Shown here piece after piece: positions 27,756 to 36,251 of a stretch of 64,000 nucleotides of DNA. The translations under genes were made by a program, and so were the position numbers. The DNA comes from a virus (taxonomy: Duplodnaviria; Caudoviricetes), in the IMG/VR virus record IMGVR_UViG_3300050034_000334, one strand, 5' to 3'. The notes under the pieces were generated by a model. It did not search any database. It worked only from the letters and a program-made list of their open reading frames with translations, and was not told the DNA's origin. The stretch's first letter is position 1. Each line of letters opens with the position of its first letter.

Positions 27756-28128
27756 TTGGGTGGACCCGAGAGGGTCAATCCAGGCTAAGACTAACACTCA
27801 GGTGTTTTGGCCTCCCCTCAAAGGGAGTAACCCCAAGACACCTGATCAGACTAAGGCTCAATCCGGCTTCGGAAACCGGACTTAGGCTTTCACCCAAAGG
27901 CTCATCGCGGAGGTAACGATAGTCAATCTAGCAGAACCGACTCTTCAGAGGTCGCTGGTTCGAATCCGGTAGGAGGCCCCACAAAAATTCATGCCTCCTT
28001 AGCTCAGCGGTAGAGCATCTGACTAAGACTTATGGTTCTGAGATGAAAGACGAGACGTTTTCCGCACCCAACATTATCGACTCGATATCGATGATACTTG
28101 GCGCCAGTCGCGTGGTAGCGGCTGGCGC
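27756..28128 (+). ncRNA. Highly structured ~375-nt non-coding RNA
   Basis: TTGGGTG/CACCCAA closing three hairpins; tRNA-like module; ATTATCGA/TCGATGAT and GCGCCAGTCGC/GCGGCTGGCGC hairpins; RRCTHA hexamers. Confidence 0.75.
27926..28044 (+). ncRNA. Circularly permuted tRNA-like module (YrlA-like architecture)
   Basis: TCAGA-GGTC-GCTGG TTCGAAT CCGGT-AGGAGGC-CCCA, linker, GCCTCCT-TA-GCTC AGCGGTA GAGC-A-TCTGA-CT; closed by CAGAACC/GGTTCTG. Confidence 0.8.
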
Positions 28129-28149
28129 GTCAGTGTAAGGAGACAGATT

Positions 28150-28341
28150 ATGCTAGGTCCAGCGTTCTACCTTCACGTCAAACACGCCACCAACGACACC
28201 TGGGTGCAAGTTGGCCCGAACCCCACTCATTGGGGTTTCTTCCACTTCAAGGAATCGGTAGAGAGCATGGAAAAGCTCTTCAAGTCTCTCGGTCTTGAAA
28301 CCAGGATTGAAGAGTTCCAGACAGACTACGACGACAGATGA
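28150..28341 (+). CDS. Hypothetical protein
   Basis: AAGGAG SD. Confidence 0.6.
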   Translation: MLGPAFYLHVKHATNDTWVQVGPNPTHWGFFHFKESVESMEKLFKSLGLETRIEEFQTDYDDR

Positions 28342-28512
28342 TCACTTGAAGCGATCTCTCTGAAGACGAATCAGTCGGGTAATCAGCAAGTCCAGTCTAT
28401 CCATAATTGGAGTTGGAACATTGTCTCTATGTGGTAGATCTTGGACTTCTTCGTGAAGAACGTCGAAATCGTGTAACAATACCTTTGCTTCTTCTTGATC
28501 CTCTACTCTCAT
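28342..28512 (-). CDS. Small hypothetical protein (56 aa)
   Basis: MRVEDQEEAKVLLHD..; found manually. Confidence 0.45.
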   Translation of the reverse strand: MRVEDQEEAKVLLHDFDVLHEEVQDLPHRDNVPTPIMDRLDLLITRLIRLQRDRFK

Positions 28513-28527
28513 GATGTCACCCGTTCC

Positions 28528-29016
28528 CTAGAAGGAATATGGGAGATGAAAGGTGTCTATGAGTCCTGGTGTTCCTGACGCCACTCTTTCCAGAATCTCT
28601 TCAGCACCAGGTTCGTATAGACTCCATCCCATTGTGTTTGATTCATGGTCAGCGATCGTGTTTGCTGCTCGATTTGGGGAGTACTCCATGAGCAACTTGT
28701 TAGGAACTTTCAAGTTCAGCAGTTGGAAAAGTCGAGGAGAAACCGGATACGGAATTGGAAGACTGTCTGATTTACGAATCATTGCCATAATTCTTTTTGC
28801 ACATCTTGAGACCAGTTTCTTGTAGACAACACGATCCACCTGATCGAAGGGCAGCTGATAGAATCTCCCGTCGTACATATTGTGTTTCACGTATTGGACA
28901 AACCCATCCTCGTCAAACTCATCAATTATCCTGGCGAGTTCTGGACTCCAATCCGCCAGAGTACCTGAGTGTTCGATCTTGGACTTCTTCAGCAAAATGC
29001 TGTGGAAATTACTCAC
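28528..29016 (-). CDS. Hypothetical protein starting MSNFHSILLKKS
   Basis: GTG start with GGAGG SD. Confidence 0.65.
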   Translation of the reverse strand: MSNFHSILLKKSKIEHSGTLADWSPELARIIDEFDEDGFVQYVKHNMYDGRFYQLPFDQVDRVVYKKLVSRCAKRIMAMIRKSDSLPIPYPVSPRLFQLLNLKVPNKLLMEYSPNRAANTIADHESNTMGWSLYEPGAEEILERVASGTPGLIDTFHLPYSF

Positions 29017-29302
29017 TGGCTGCCTCCAGCTTGCTCTTGTTTGCATAGGCATCCAGCCAAGCATTCATCACATCGTCAAGTGTATATCCTTTTTTGATCT
29101 CACATTTGGTGAGAGTAGGAGTTGTCCCGACAAAATTGCATTTGCAGGTGGCAATCTGCTCTCCAGTTGGCTTGTACAGAGTCAGGCTGCTGGGTAGAGT
29201 AGGCTGTACCACGGGAGCCTTCTGAACGAAGACTGGCTTGACCACCGGCTGGCTGGCGTGGATTGGGATGCTCAGTATAAGCGCAAGCAAGAAATGCTGC
29301 AT
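29009..29302 (-). CDS. Secreted hypothetical protein
   Basis: Signal peptide MQHFLLALILSIPIHA. Confidence 0.6.
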   Translation of the reverse strand: MQHFLLALILSIPIHASQPVVKPVFVQKAPVVQPTLPSSLTLYKPTGEQIATCKCNFVGTTPTLTKCEIKKGYTLDDVMNAWLDAYANKSKLEAASE

Positions 29303-30183
29303 AGGGCGGCCTCCTTATGGGCTGATTTCTCCTTCATTTGTTCACTCTTCTTCCTTCTAGCTTCTGCATTCCACTGCTTGATCGCTATTTCCTTCTGTTT
29401 TAGTCTCATCTCAGGAGTGTAACTAAGCAAGTTACCTCTAGTCCAGCCTCTAGAGAGATAACTATCCAATTCTTCTTTTAGAATTTTCTTCAATTTTCCT
29501 TCCCTATTGACAAGTACACCAGTGCCTCTGAGAGAAGTACCACGTTTCCAGCCTTCCTGTAAGTATGAGTTCAAACTGGTCTGAGGGATTCTCTCCGTTA
29601 GGCTTCCTCTAGTGACTAACACCGTGCTCTTCATCTTCTCATGGATAACCTGAAGAGCACCCTTGGCAGCTTTGCTACTCTTGATGATTTTGCTTTGTCG
29701 TACTCTGACCTCTGGATCAGCAAAGTATCGCTTGATCCTGTCACTTTGGACCTTTCTCTTTTCCGGATCTTGAAAATACTCGGTATTCTTACGTCTAAGA
29801 GTAGAGAGAGCTTGTTCAGTGTGATGATATCCTGAAATTCCTTCTCCTCCCTTTGTTAGATTGTACCCAAATCTAGAGTCAAATGTCTTTAGAGTAGCAA
29901 TGAAGTGAACTTCCATTTCATTTAGTTCGGAAATAGGTCCTGAACCCAGTATGGCAACTTCAAAGTTTTCTCTTCCGTGTTTCTTCACTGCATTTCGAAA
30001 GTACACCGTACAGAAACCTAGTTTCTTCAAGCACAAACCATGCCTTTCAGCCAAGGTTCTTTCTGTCTTCCCCACGTAGATTTTACCACTTTGGATATGT
30101 CTAAAACCGTACACGACGTTACTGATATTCCAGATTTCACTGGTACTGAGAACAGGTATCCAGACAGGGTCATTGATGATCAT
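29272..30183 (-). CDS. GIY-YIG homing endonuclease
   Basis: VVYGFRH..KIYVGKT, FRNAVKKHG, GYNLTKGGEG; AT-rich; C-terminal GW.RG repeats. Confidence 0.85.
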   Translation of the reverse strand: MIINDPVWIPVLSTSEIWNISNVVYGFRHIQSGKIYVGKTERTLAERHGLCLKKLGFCTVYFRNAVKKHGRENFEVAILGSGPISELNEMEVHFIATLKTFDSRFGYNLTKGGEGISGYHHTEQALSTLRRKNTEYFQDPEKRKVQSDRIKRYFADPEVRVRQSKIIKSSKAAKGALQVIHEKMKSTVLVTRGSLTERIPQTSLNSYLQEGWKRGTSLRGTGVLVNREGKLKKILKEELDSYLSRGWTRGNLLSYTPEMRLKQKEIAIKQWNAEARRKKSEQMKEKSAHKEAALCSISCLRLY

Positions 30184-30246
30184 TGTGAATGCCTTTCTAC
30201 TTATGAATCCGGTAGTCGAAAGACCAAACATTGGAAGACGAAAGTC

Positions 30247-32496
30247 CTATTCTGTTTCCACAACGACAATAGCTGGGAATTCTTTGATTCCCATAAGCAG
30301 AAGGGCATCAAATCTGTGGCCGCCTTCAAGAATGTAGTAGTCCTCAAGGTTACTCAGATTGTCTATCACTACAATGAGAGGATTAATCTCCATAGACTCT
30401 ATAATTTCACTCTTGAGTCTTTTCGTATACCGATCTTCACTGCTTGAATGTGGAACATACTCGTACTCCTTCTCGGATTTCATTTTCACAACACGAACAC
30501 CTGGAAGTTCAGTCCAATCCTCATCGTTGTTATAGCCAGCTGAAATGGACTCAAGATTAGGAATCGTTCCTCTGACCTTCAGACTACCACAGGTGTCTCC
30601 CAGCATCTTCGGATAGAGCTTGTCGAGTTCTGACAGGGTCTCGTCATCGTCATCAACAGCTGCAGTCTTCGAGATGCAAGGGATCCTCCAACCCATGAGG
30701 TTCAAGTTGTCCACCTTGAATCCGAGCCTCTTCACCATCGCCACATAGAGAGGAGTTTTGTCCGGGTTGTGACTCGCGATCACCAACTCGCCATACTTCT
30801 GCAGCCAGTGATTGAGGACCCTCTTGACTTCTGCCAACGATCCCTTGCCCCTCGAATTCGGAGTCTTGGTCAGCTGCTGCATGGGATCAAAAGCATCCAT
30901 GCCGATCCGCTGCAGTCCGACCTGGTAGATGTTGGGAATCATCCCACTCTTGACCACCATGAGTTCGTACTCTCCAATGGTGGCCTCTTCCACGATCTTG
31001 TCTCCCGAGAGAGCCATGTAACGCTGTCCTGTTTCAGAGACGGCCACGGCCTCCTTGTGAGAACCTCCCATGTTGAATTCGTAGTAGGATCCCTGGCCAT
31101 TGTAGGAGTCAGGAACCTCCGTCCCTCCGAGTTTCTTCACCATGGCCTGAGAGGCATAGTTGTCATTTTCGATGTAGGTCTTGGCGTGCTTGTATCCCAT
31201 CTCAGCAATCTTGCCGAGAGCACTCTTCATGAGTTCGGGACCAAATCCTCTGTAGCGAATGTCGCTGTCAAGTCTGTTGAGATAGGCTTCACCATCTGCT
31301 CCAAGATCCACTGTGAAGTTTACCACAACCTTGTCAGTGAAGTTGACCTTGGTCAGCCAGTCATGTGCTTCCGGCTTCAGAGTACCCTCGAAGAAGAGAC
31401 GCTGTGGAGATCCTGTGACCTGGACCTTGAGCCGGGGAGTCTCATAGTCCTCGACAATTTTGGTGCTGGCGACCTTTGCAGGCTCAATCTCCTTGAGCTT
31501 CTTTTCAATCCCATATTCATTGCTGAAGTACTCTACGGCAGCCTTCTCATCGAAGTCAGCGAATCCGTAGTTTGGTTCCTTCATGACTATTCGATGATCA
31601 AGATCTCCATCTCCTCCATCCATTCTTGAATTCTGACCTGTGTCATTGATCAGATCAGCAGCTTCGGAAAGAGCAAGATTCTGAGCCTTCTCGTTCAGTG
31701 TCTTTTTATCAGTGTCTTTCTCTTTCCCAAAATACGTGTAAGCCTTGTTAGAACCCATCTGTATCAGCTCCAGCTTGGCCCAACGCAAAAACCATACGAT
31801 GCGATAGTTCTTATGAAGATTGTTCTTGGCCCAGTTGATCTCATCCTGGATGTCCTGATGAAGAGAGATGGCAACACCGGACTTACCATCCACAGGAGGT
31901 AGAGCATTCTGAATTATGCTATTCAGGCCGGCAAACATCTCGTCATAGTTGGCCTCAGCTTCGATCTGAAAGCTGGCTTGCTTCTCAGGCGGAGGAGTCG
32001 TGTGCAGTAGATGATCCGCAGGCAACTCACAGGCTTTGCATTCTGGACTACCCTCTTGAGGAACGAACTTGTGACGACCGTAAGGCCACCACTCTCTGTG
32101 GGCGGCGGCTGTCTTAGGATCCTCATCCATGTTATCTTCCGCGACGTCAAGGAACTCCTCGACCGGAACCTCATGGATGGCCTGTACCCGCGTCTCCCTC
32201 CAACCTGGATCAAATTGGGCGAGATAGACCGCTTCAGCTTCAGGCAAGGATTCGAAGCCCAACATCACCTTGTACTCATCGAAGGAACCATCCTCCTTGA
32301 GTTGCTCCACCACATAAGCGTGCGGGGAGTGGTGATCATCTCCGACATACACGTCCACGGCCTCTCCATCGCCTCTCCCGGTTGTATCGGGGATGAAGCC
32401 ATAGTCGGCTTGCAGGATGCGATTGTGCCGGCGCTCGCCCTTCCACTTTTCAACCGTTACGGGAAGCCCTCTAAAGAGGTAATCGTGATCGTCCAT
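30247..32496 (-). CDS. Polyvalent mosaic protein: inorganic pyrophosphatase-like, GNAT, ParB-like domains
   Basis: DYGFIPDT..DGEAVDVYVG..FDEYKVMLGF; RYRGFG..YIENDNYASQ; INPLIV..ILEGGHRF. Confidence 0.8.
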   Translation of the reverse strand: MDDHDYLFRGLPVTVEKWKGERRHNRILQADYGFIPDTTGRGDGEAVDVYVGDDHHSPHAYVVEQLKEDGSFDEYKVMLGFESLPEAEAVYLAQFDPGWRETRVQAIHEVPVEEFLDVAEDNMDEDPKTAAAHREWWPYGRHKFVPQEGSPECKACELPADHLLHTTPPPEKQASFQIEAEANYDEMFAGLNSIIQNALPPVDGKSGVAISLHQDIQDEINWAKNNLHKNYRIVWFLRWAKLELIQMGSNKAYTYFGKEKDTDKKTLNEKAQNLALSEAADLINDTGQNSRMDGGDGDLDHRIVMKEPNYGFADFDEKAAVEYFSNEYGIEKKLKEIEPAKVASTKIVEDYETPRLKVQVTGSPQRLFFEGTLKPEAHDWLTKVNFTDKVVVNFTVDLGADGEAYLNRLDSDIRYRGFGPELMKSALGKIAEMGYKHAKTYIENDNYASQAMVKKLGGTEVPDSYNGQGSYYEFNMGGSHKEAVAVSETGQRYMALSGDKIVEEATIGEYELMVVKSGMIPNIYQVGLQRIGMDAFDPMQQLTKTPNSRGKGSLAEVKRVLNHWLQKYGELVIASHNPDKTPLYVAMVKRLGFKVDNLNLMGWRIPCISKTAAVDDDDETLSELDKLYPKMLGDTCGSLKVRGTIPNLESISAGYNNDEDWTELPGVRVVKMKSEKEYEYVPHSSSEDRYTKRLKSEIIESMEINPLIVVIDNLSNLEDYYILEGGHRFDALLLMGIKEFPAIVVVETE

Positions 32497-33227
32497 TAGG
32501 CGGCCTCCAATGAAGACTGGTACTTAACAATCCGATGAACCCATTCCATGAATTCTTCTACTGGGCTGTTCATTTTTGCTCTGTTGCATCGTCCACAACA
32601 GGACACTACATTTCCTTCTTGATAGGGCAACGAGTTATTAACCCTATCTATTCCGTTTCTCGTAAACGAAAACTTGTCAGTCTTGTAGCGAGCTTGGGTA
32701 TCTCCTCCCGGAGAATAACTGTAGACTTGACGAGGTTCCACTCCGCAGTAGTAACACTTTCCCTCAGCTAGTTCTCTGGTCCTCTCCTCAGAAAGACCCC
32801 AGTCAAGACCTCTATCCTTGGCGTTGCCTTGTAGAGTTTTGAATAGCATGTGAAAAGCAGCTTCATGAGGAGGTAGTCTGTTCTGGTACTCCTCCAGTAA
32901 GCATCCACAACTTCGAGTATTCCCATTTCGTAGACGGTGGGCCAGAACTCTGACTTCTTTCCCACAGTCACACTCGCAGCGCCAAATGGCACCGCCGCCA
33001 ACTTTGTCTGATCCAGTTCCAATCCTCTCAAGTGCGGTCAACTTTCCAAACTTCATACCGATCATGTCCTTGTGACGGAAGTAGGGTTTGGAAGGCTTTC
33101 TGGTGAGAATTATGCGACGGTTAGTACATCTTCGACAAGTTATCTTCGCCTTTTCCGCAAATTCATACGCTGCCTTTGTCTTGTAACTGATCTCAGATGA
33201 GCACTCCGGACAACTTCTAGTGAACAT
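32496..33227 (-). CDS. HNH-type endonuclease with Cys-rich DNA-binding module
   Basis: KFGKLTALE..WRCECDCG..NTRSCGC; CYYCG..NGIDRVNN..VVSCCGRCNRAK. Confidence 0.75.
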   Translation of the reverse strand: MFTRSCPECSSEISYKTKAAYEFAEKAKITCRRCTNRRIILTRKPSKPYFRHKDMIGMKFGKLTALERIGTGSDKVGGGAIWRCECDCGKEVRVLAHRLRNGNTRSCGCLLEEYQNRLPPHEAAFHMLFKTLQGNAKDRGLDWGLSEERTRELAEGKCYYCGVEPRQVYSYSPGGDTQARYKTDKFSFTRNGIDRVNNSLPYQEGNVVSCCGRCNRAKMNSPVEEFMEWVHRIVKYQSSLEAA

Positions 33228-33257
33228 AGATAGACCTCACTATTGAGGCTGGTAGTC

Positions 33258-36242
33258 CTAATGTTCGAAAGCACTAATGAATATTCTTCTGTTTTTAGTT
33301 GGCAACTTGATTGCAACATTAGCTGCTTCTTCTAAGATTGCTTCCTTTCGATGGAACTTGTCAGCGCAGTCAGGACAGACGACCTTCTTGTTCACTTCGA
33401 GGACATCGTCACCATTGAGATGTTCACCACATTCCTGACAGTTCTCGACGCCTTCCCGGGGATCGCTGGCCTTCTTTCTAATAAAGGTTGGCATCTTGGT
33501 CTTTCTGCCAACGAAGATGTTCATTCCTTCCAGCTTGATTCCATCAGAGGCTGATACATATTCGTCGTCGATAGGATTCAACTTCCAATCAACCGAACTG
33601 TTCTCCACTATCTGCTGGGTATCCGCATCCCAGCCACGACCTCCTTGGAACTGCCCTTCGAGTACCTGACCACCTTCTACTGGAACAGCAATGACTCCAT
33701 AATCGTGATAGTAGTCAATCAGAGAACGCTGCTCCTCATTGAAGTTTTTAGGGTATTCTTCATCATTATCTCCATTATTCATGCTCTCCATCCAGACATT
33801 GTACTCTGCGTTGGTGGTCCTCTCAAAATTCTCGAGCCACTCTCTGATCTGGGCTGAAGTGCCGTTCACTCCTGACGAGACAAGGGTTCCTGCGCTTGCT
33901 CCATAGTACCTGAAGTAGAGAGCATAGATCTCTGGTTCTTCACTAGCCTTTTTGGTGGTCTTGATCTTTGGGCACTTCAGTATTCTACCCACAGCTAGTG
34001 AGTTTAGTGCATCGATCTTGATTCCTTCTGAAACAGATACCTCGAGGGAAGATGGCTCCAATCTCCATGTTCCGTATTGCCCCTGGCGCCTGGTCATGGG
34101 ACTGCGTTCTCCACTGAAAGTGCCTGTGTATATCCGGCCTCCTTCAGTGGGCACAATAGCAGGATTTAGACCCTCAGCATAGTAGTTGCATAGCTCTTCC
34201 TGATCATGAGCCAACGTGTCTTCATTGAGGTATTTGTTGAATGTGGTCTTGTCAAAATCATCATCTAGCCACTGCTTGATGGCTTCAAGAGACCCAGAAA
34301 ACCCAGTTGCGATCCCATCAGTAACTCCCAGCAGTTCCATGAACAGCAAGGAGTATTTTTCCTCCTCGTCACTTCCATTCAGACGGAACTTGGGAAGGTG
34401 GATCTGCTTACCCACAAAGTTGGCATTCATCCCCTCAATCTTGATGCCTTCAGAAGCAGTGACCTTTGTGTCAGAGGGGAACATCCTCCAACTGGTGCTG
34501 GCATTCCAACGCATCTCTTGGACCAACCCTCCCTCTGCAGGGATGGCGATTGCATCCAAGGTGCCAAACCTCTTGCACAGTTCCTTCTGATCAGGAGTGA
34601 AGTTGAGAGGAAACTCATCAGAATCTTCTGGTCTGTTTCCTGGCCAATCCAGGCTCGTGTTGAGGGCCTTGACATGTTTGTCGTATATGGAATATGTGGT
34701 CTTTTCGAAGTTGTTGACCCACTCCACGATCTGTTTGGCAGTCCCGTTGAACCCGGTCGTATAGATGGTGTCCGGCTTCCTACCATTGAAGCACAGAGCA
34801 TAGACCGTGTCATCTTCGGGAGTGAGAGGTTCCTCAGGAGGATTGTTTCTCATCACTTCGGAGTCTCTCAGTTCCCCGGCTTGCTTGGCTTTTCCTTCAA
34901 CCAAGCCATGAATCAGATCCTTGGACTCTTCGAACAGAGTGACAATGCCTGGATGGTAATCTTTCGGGTTGTCCTTGATGTCCTGCTCAATCTCTTCCAG
35001 GGTAAACCACTCGATGCTGTCATTCTCCCACTCATGACCGAAGGTCGGCTGGAAGGCGAACTCCTCGTCCACCACACCGATGAAATTTGAATATGTGAAA
35101 TCTTCTTTCTTAAACACGAAGGCAGCATGAGTCTTGATGGGACCTGAATACCCGGTCTCTTCCTGCAACTCAGTCCTAGCACTCTCTTCGGGAGACATAT
35201 CCTTCTTGACCGCTCCACCCAGGGTGCCCCAGCAGTTGCCCTCTTCGACCTTATCGCTTCTCCATGCCAGACAGATCCGCTTGGTCTCGCTGCAGATCGG
35301 AACGACACCAGAGGACTGAGCTTTCCAACTGTCGTCTGAAGCAGTCCTCTTGATCACTTCATTGAACGGAATGAAGGAGTCCTTGTCACCCTTGTTCTTC
35401 ATTTCCAGACGAATCCCTTCAGCCGTCGAAACAGTATTGCCTTCATCCGATTCTTTGAAGTTAGGAGATATCCATGCACGGACTTTTCCACCCTCTGTGG
35501 GAAAGGCATACAGAGCGAAGTATTTGGCCGTGAACTGGTTCTTCTCACTGTCACGTGCCCACTCAGTGATCTCAGGTAGCGTCCCGGTCATGCTTGTGGG
35601 CTGCAGCATGGGAGTTCTCTGGTCTTGCATGGTGACATAGAACAGAGAGTACCGATCATCCTCTTCCTCGCCAGCCGTATGAGGTCCTCCCTTTTGGGTG
35701 CGGACCATTCCCTGTCCTGGCTGGTTCTTCGTGGTGTGAGCACAGAACTTCAGGGCCTCGTCGTTGGACAATGGGACTCCGAACCAGACATCATTCACGC
35801 TGTTTTCACCAGAGGACTCGACTACCTTACCATCTTTCAATCCCCAGGTGTGCTGATGCCAGCCTTGAAAGTTGTGGCCATACCCGATGACGATGGTGTC
35901 TATCTTCCCCTTTTCATAGAGAGTCGCGATGTTCCAGTGACAGTCGCCTTCAGACATGGGGATAAGAGATGGACGTCCTCTGTAAGCAACTCCTCTATGA
36001 GCGATAGCTGTTGAGTCGGGATCGTTCTTTAGTTGACCTCCACTTGTAGTGTCTCCTGGCGCCAGACTACGAAGTTTCTTGGTCAGTTCTGCTGAAGATC
36101 CCTCCTTGAATAGAGCAGGATTCATCTCTTCAAGAGGCAATATCTCGTTCTCATCCTGGCGGTTGTCAGGATCTAGAGCCCATCCGTTAGACATTGGTTC
36201 GAATTCTGGACGGGTAGCGAGAGGAGGATTCTTTCTGCTCAC
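33258..36242 (-). CDS. Polyvalent mosaic protein: transglutaminase-like, Nudix hydrolase and four copies of a novel domain
   Basis: GDCHWN..QHTWG; WGTLGGAVKKDMSPEESARTELQEETG; repeated Y[AS]LxF..GT..I.EW..P.EGG..EGI. Confidence 0.8.
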   Translation of the reverse strand: MSRKNPPLATRPEFEPMSNGWALDPDNRQDENEILPLEEMNPALFKEGSSAELTKKLRSLAPGDTTSGGQLKNDPDSTAIAHRGVAYRGRPSLIPMSEGDCHWNIATLYEKGKIDTIVIGYGHNFQGWHQHTWGLKDGKVVESSGENSVNDVWFGVPLSNDEALKFCAHTTKNQPGQGMVRTQKGGPHTAGEEEDDRYSLFYVTMQDQRTPMLQPTSMTGTLPEITEWARDSEKNQFTAKYFALYAFPTEGGKVRAWISPNFKESDEGNTVSTAEGIRLEMKNKGDKDSFIPFNEVIKRTASDDSWKAQSSGVVPICSETKRICLAWRSDKVEEGNCWGTLGGAVKKDMSPEESARTELQEETGYSGPIKTHAAFVFKKEDFTYSNFIGVVDEEFAFQPTFGHEWENDSIEWFTLEEIEQDIKDNPKDYHPGIVTLFEESKDLIHGLVEGKAKQAGELRDSEVMRNNPPEEPLTPEDDTVYALCFNGRKPDTIYTTGFNGTAKQIVEWVNNFEKTTYSIYDKHVKALNTSLDWPGNRPEDSDEFPLNFTPDQKELCKRFGTLDAIAIPAEGGLVQEMRWNASTSWRMFPSDTKVTASEGIKIEGMNANFVGKQIHLPKFRLNGSDEEEKYSLLFMELLGVTDGIATGFSGSLEAIKQWLDDDFDKTTFNKYLNEDTLAHDQEELCNYYAEGLNPAIVPTEGGRIYTGTFSGERSPMTRRQGQYGTWRLEPSSLEVSVSEGIKIDALNSLAVGRILKCPKIKTTKKASEEPEIYALYFRYYGASAGTLVSSGVNGTSAQIREWLENFERTTNAEYNVWMESMNNGDNDEEYPKNFNEEQRSLIDYYHDYGVIAVPVEGGQVLEGQFQGGRGWDADTQQIVENSSVDWKLNPIDDEYVSASDGIKLEGMNIFVGRKTKMPTFIRKKASDPREGVENCQECGEHLNGDDVLEVNKKVVCPDCADKFHRKEAILEEAANVAIKLPTKNRRIFISAFEH

Positions 36243-36251
36243 CAGTTCCTC

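Noticed and set aside
27945-28032. Canonical tRNA gene (Lys/Arg/Leu-like)
   Set aside because: Halves are in reverse order and no 7-nt anticodon loop joins them. The nominal AAG anticodon conflicts with the short variable loop and C discriminator.
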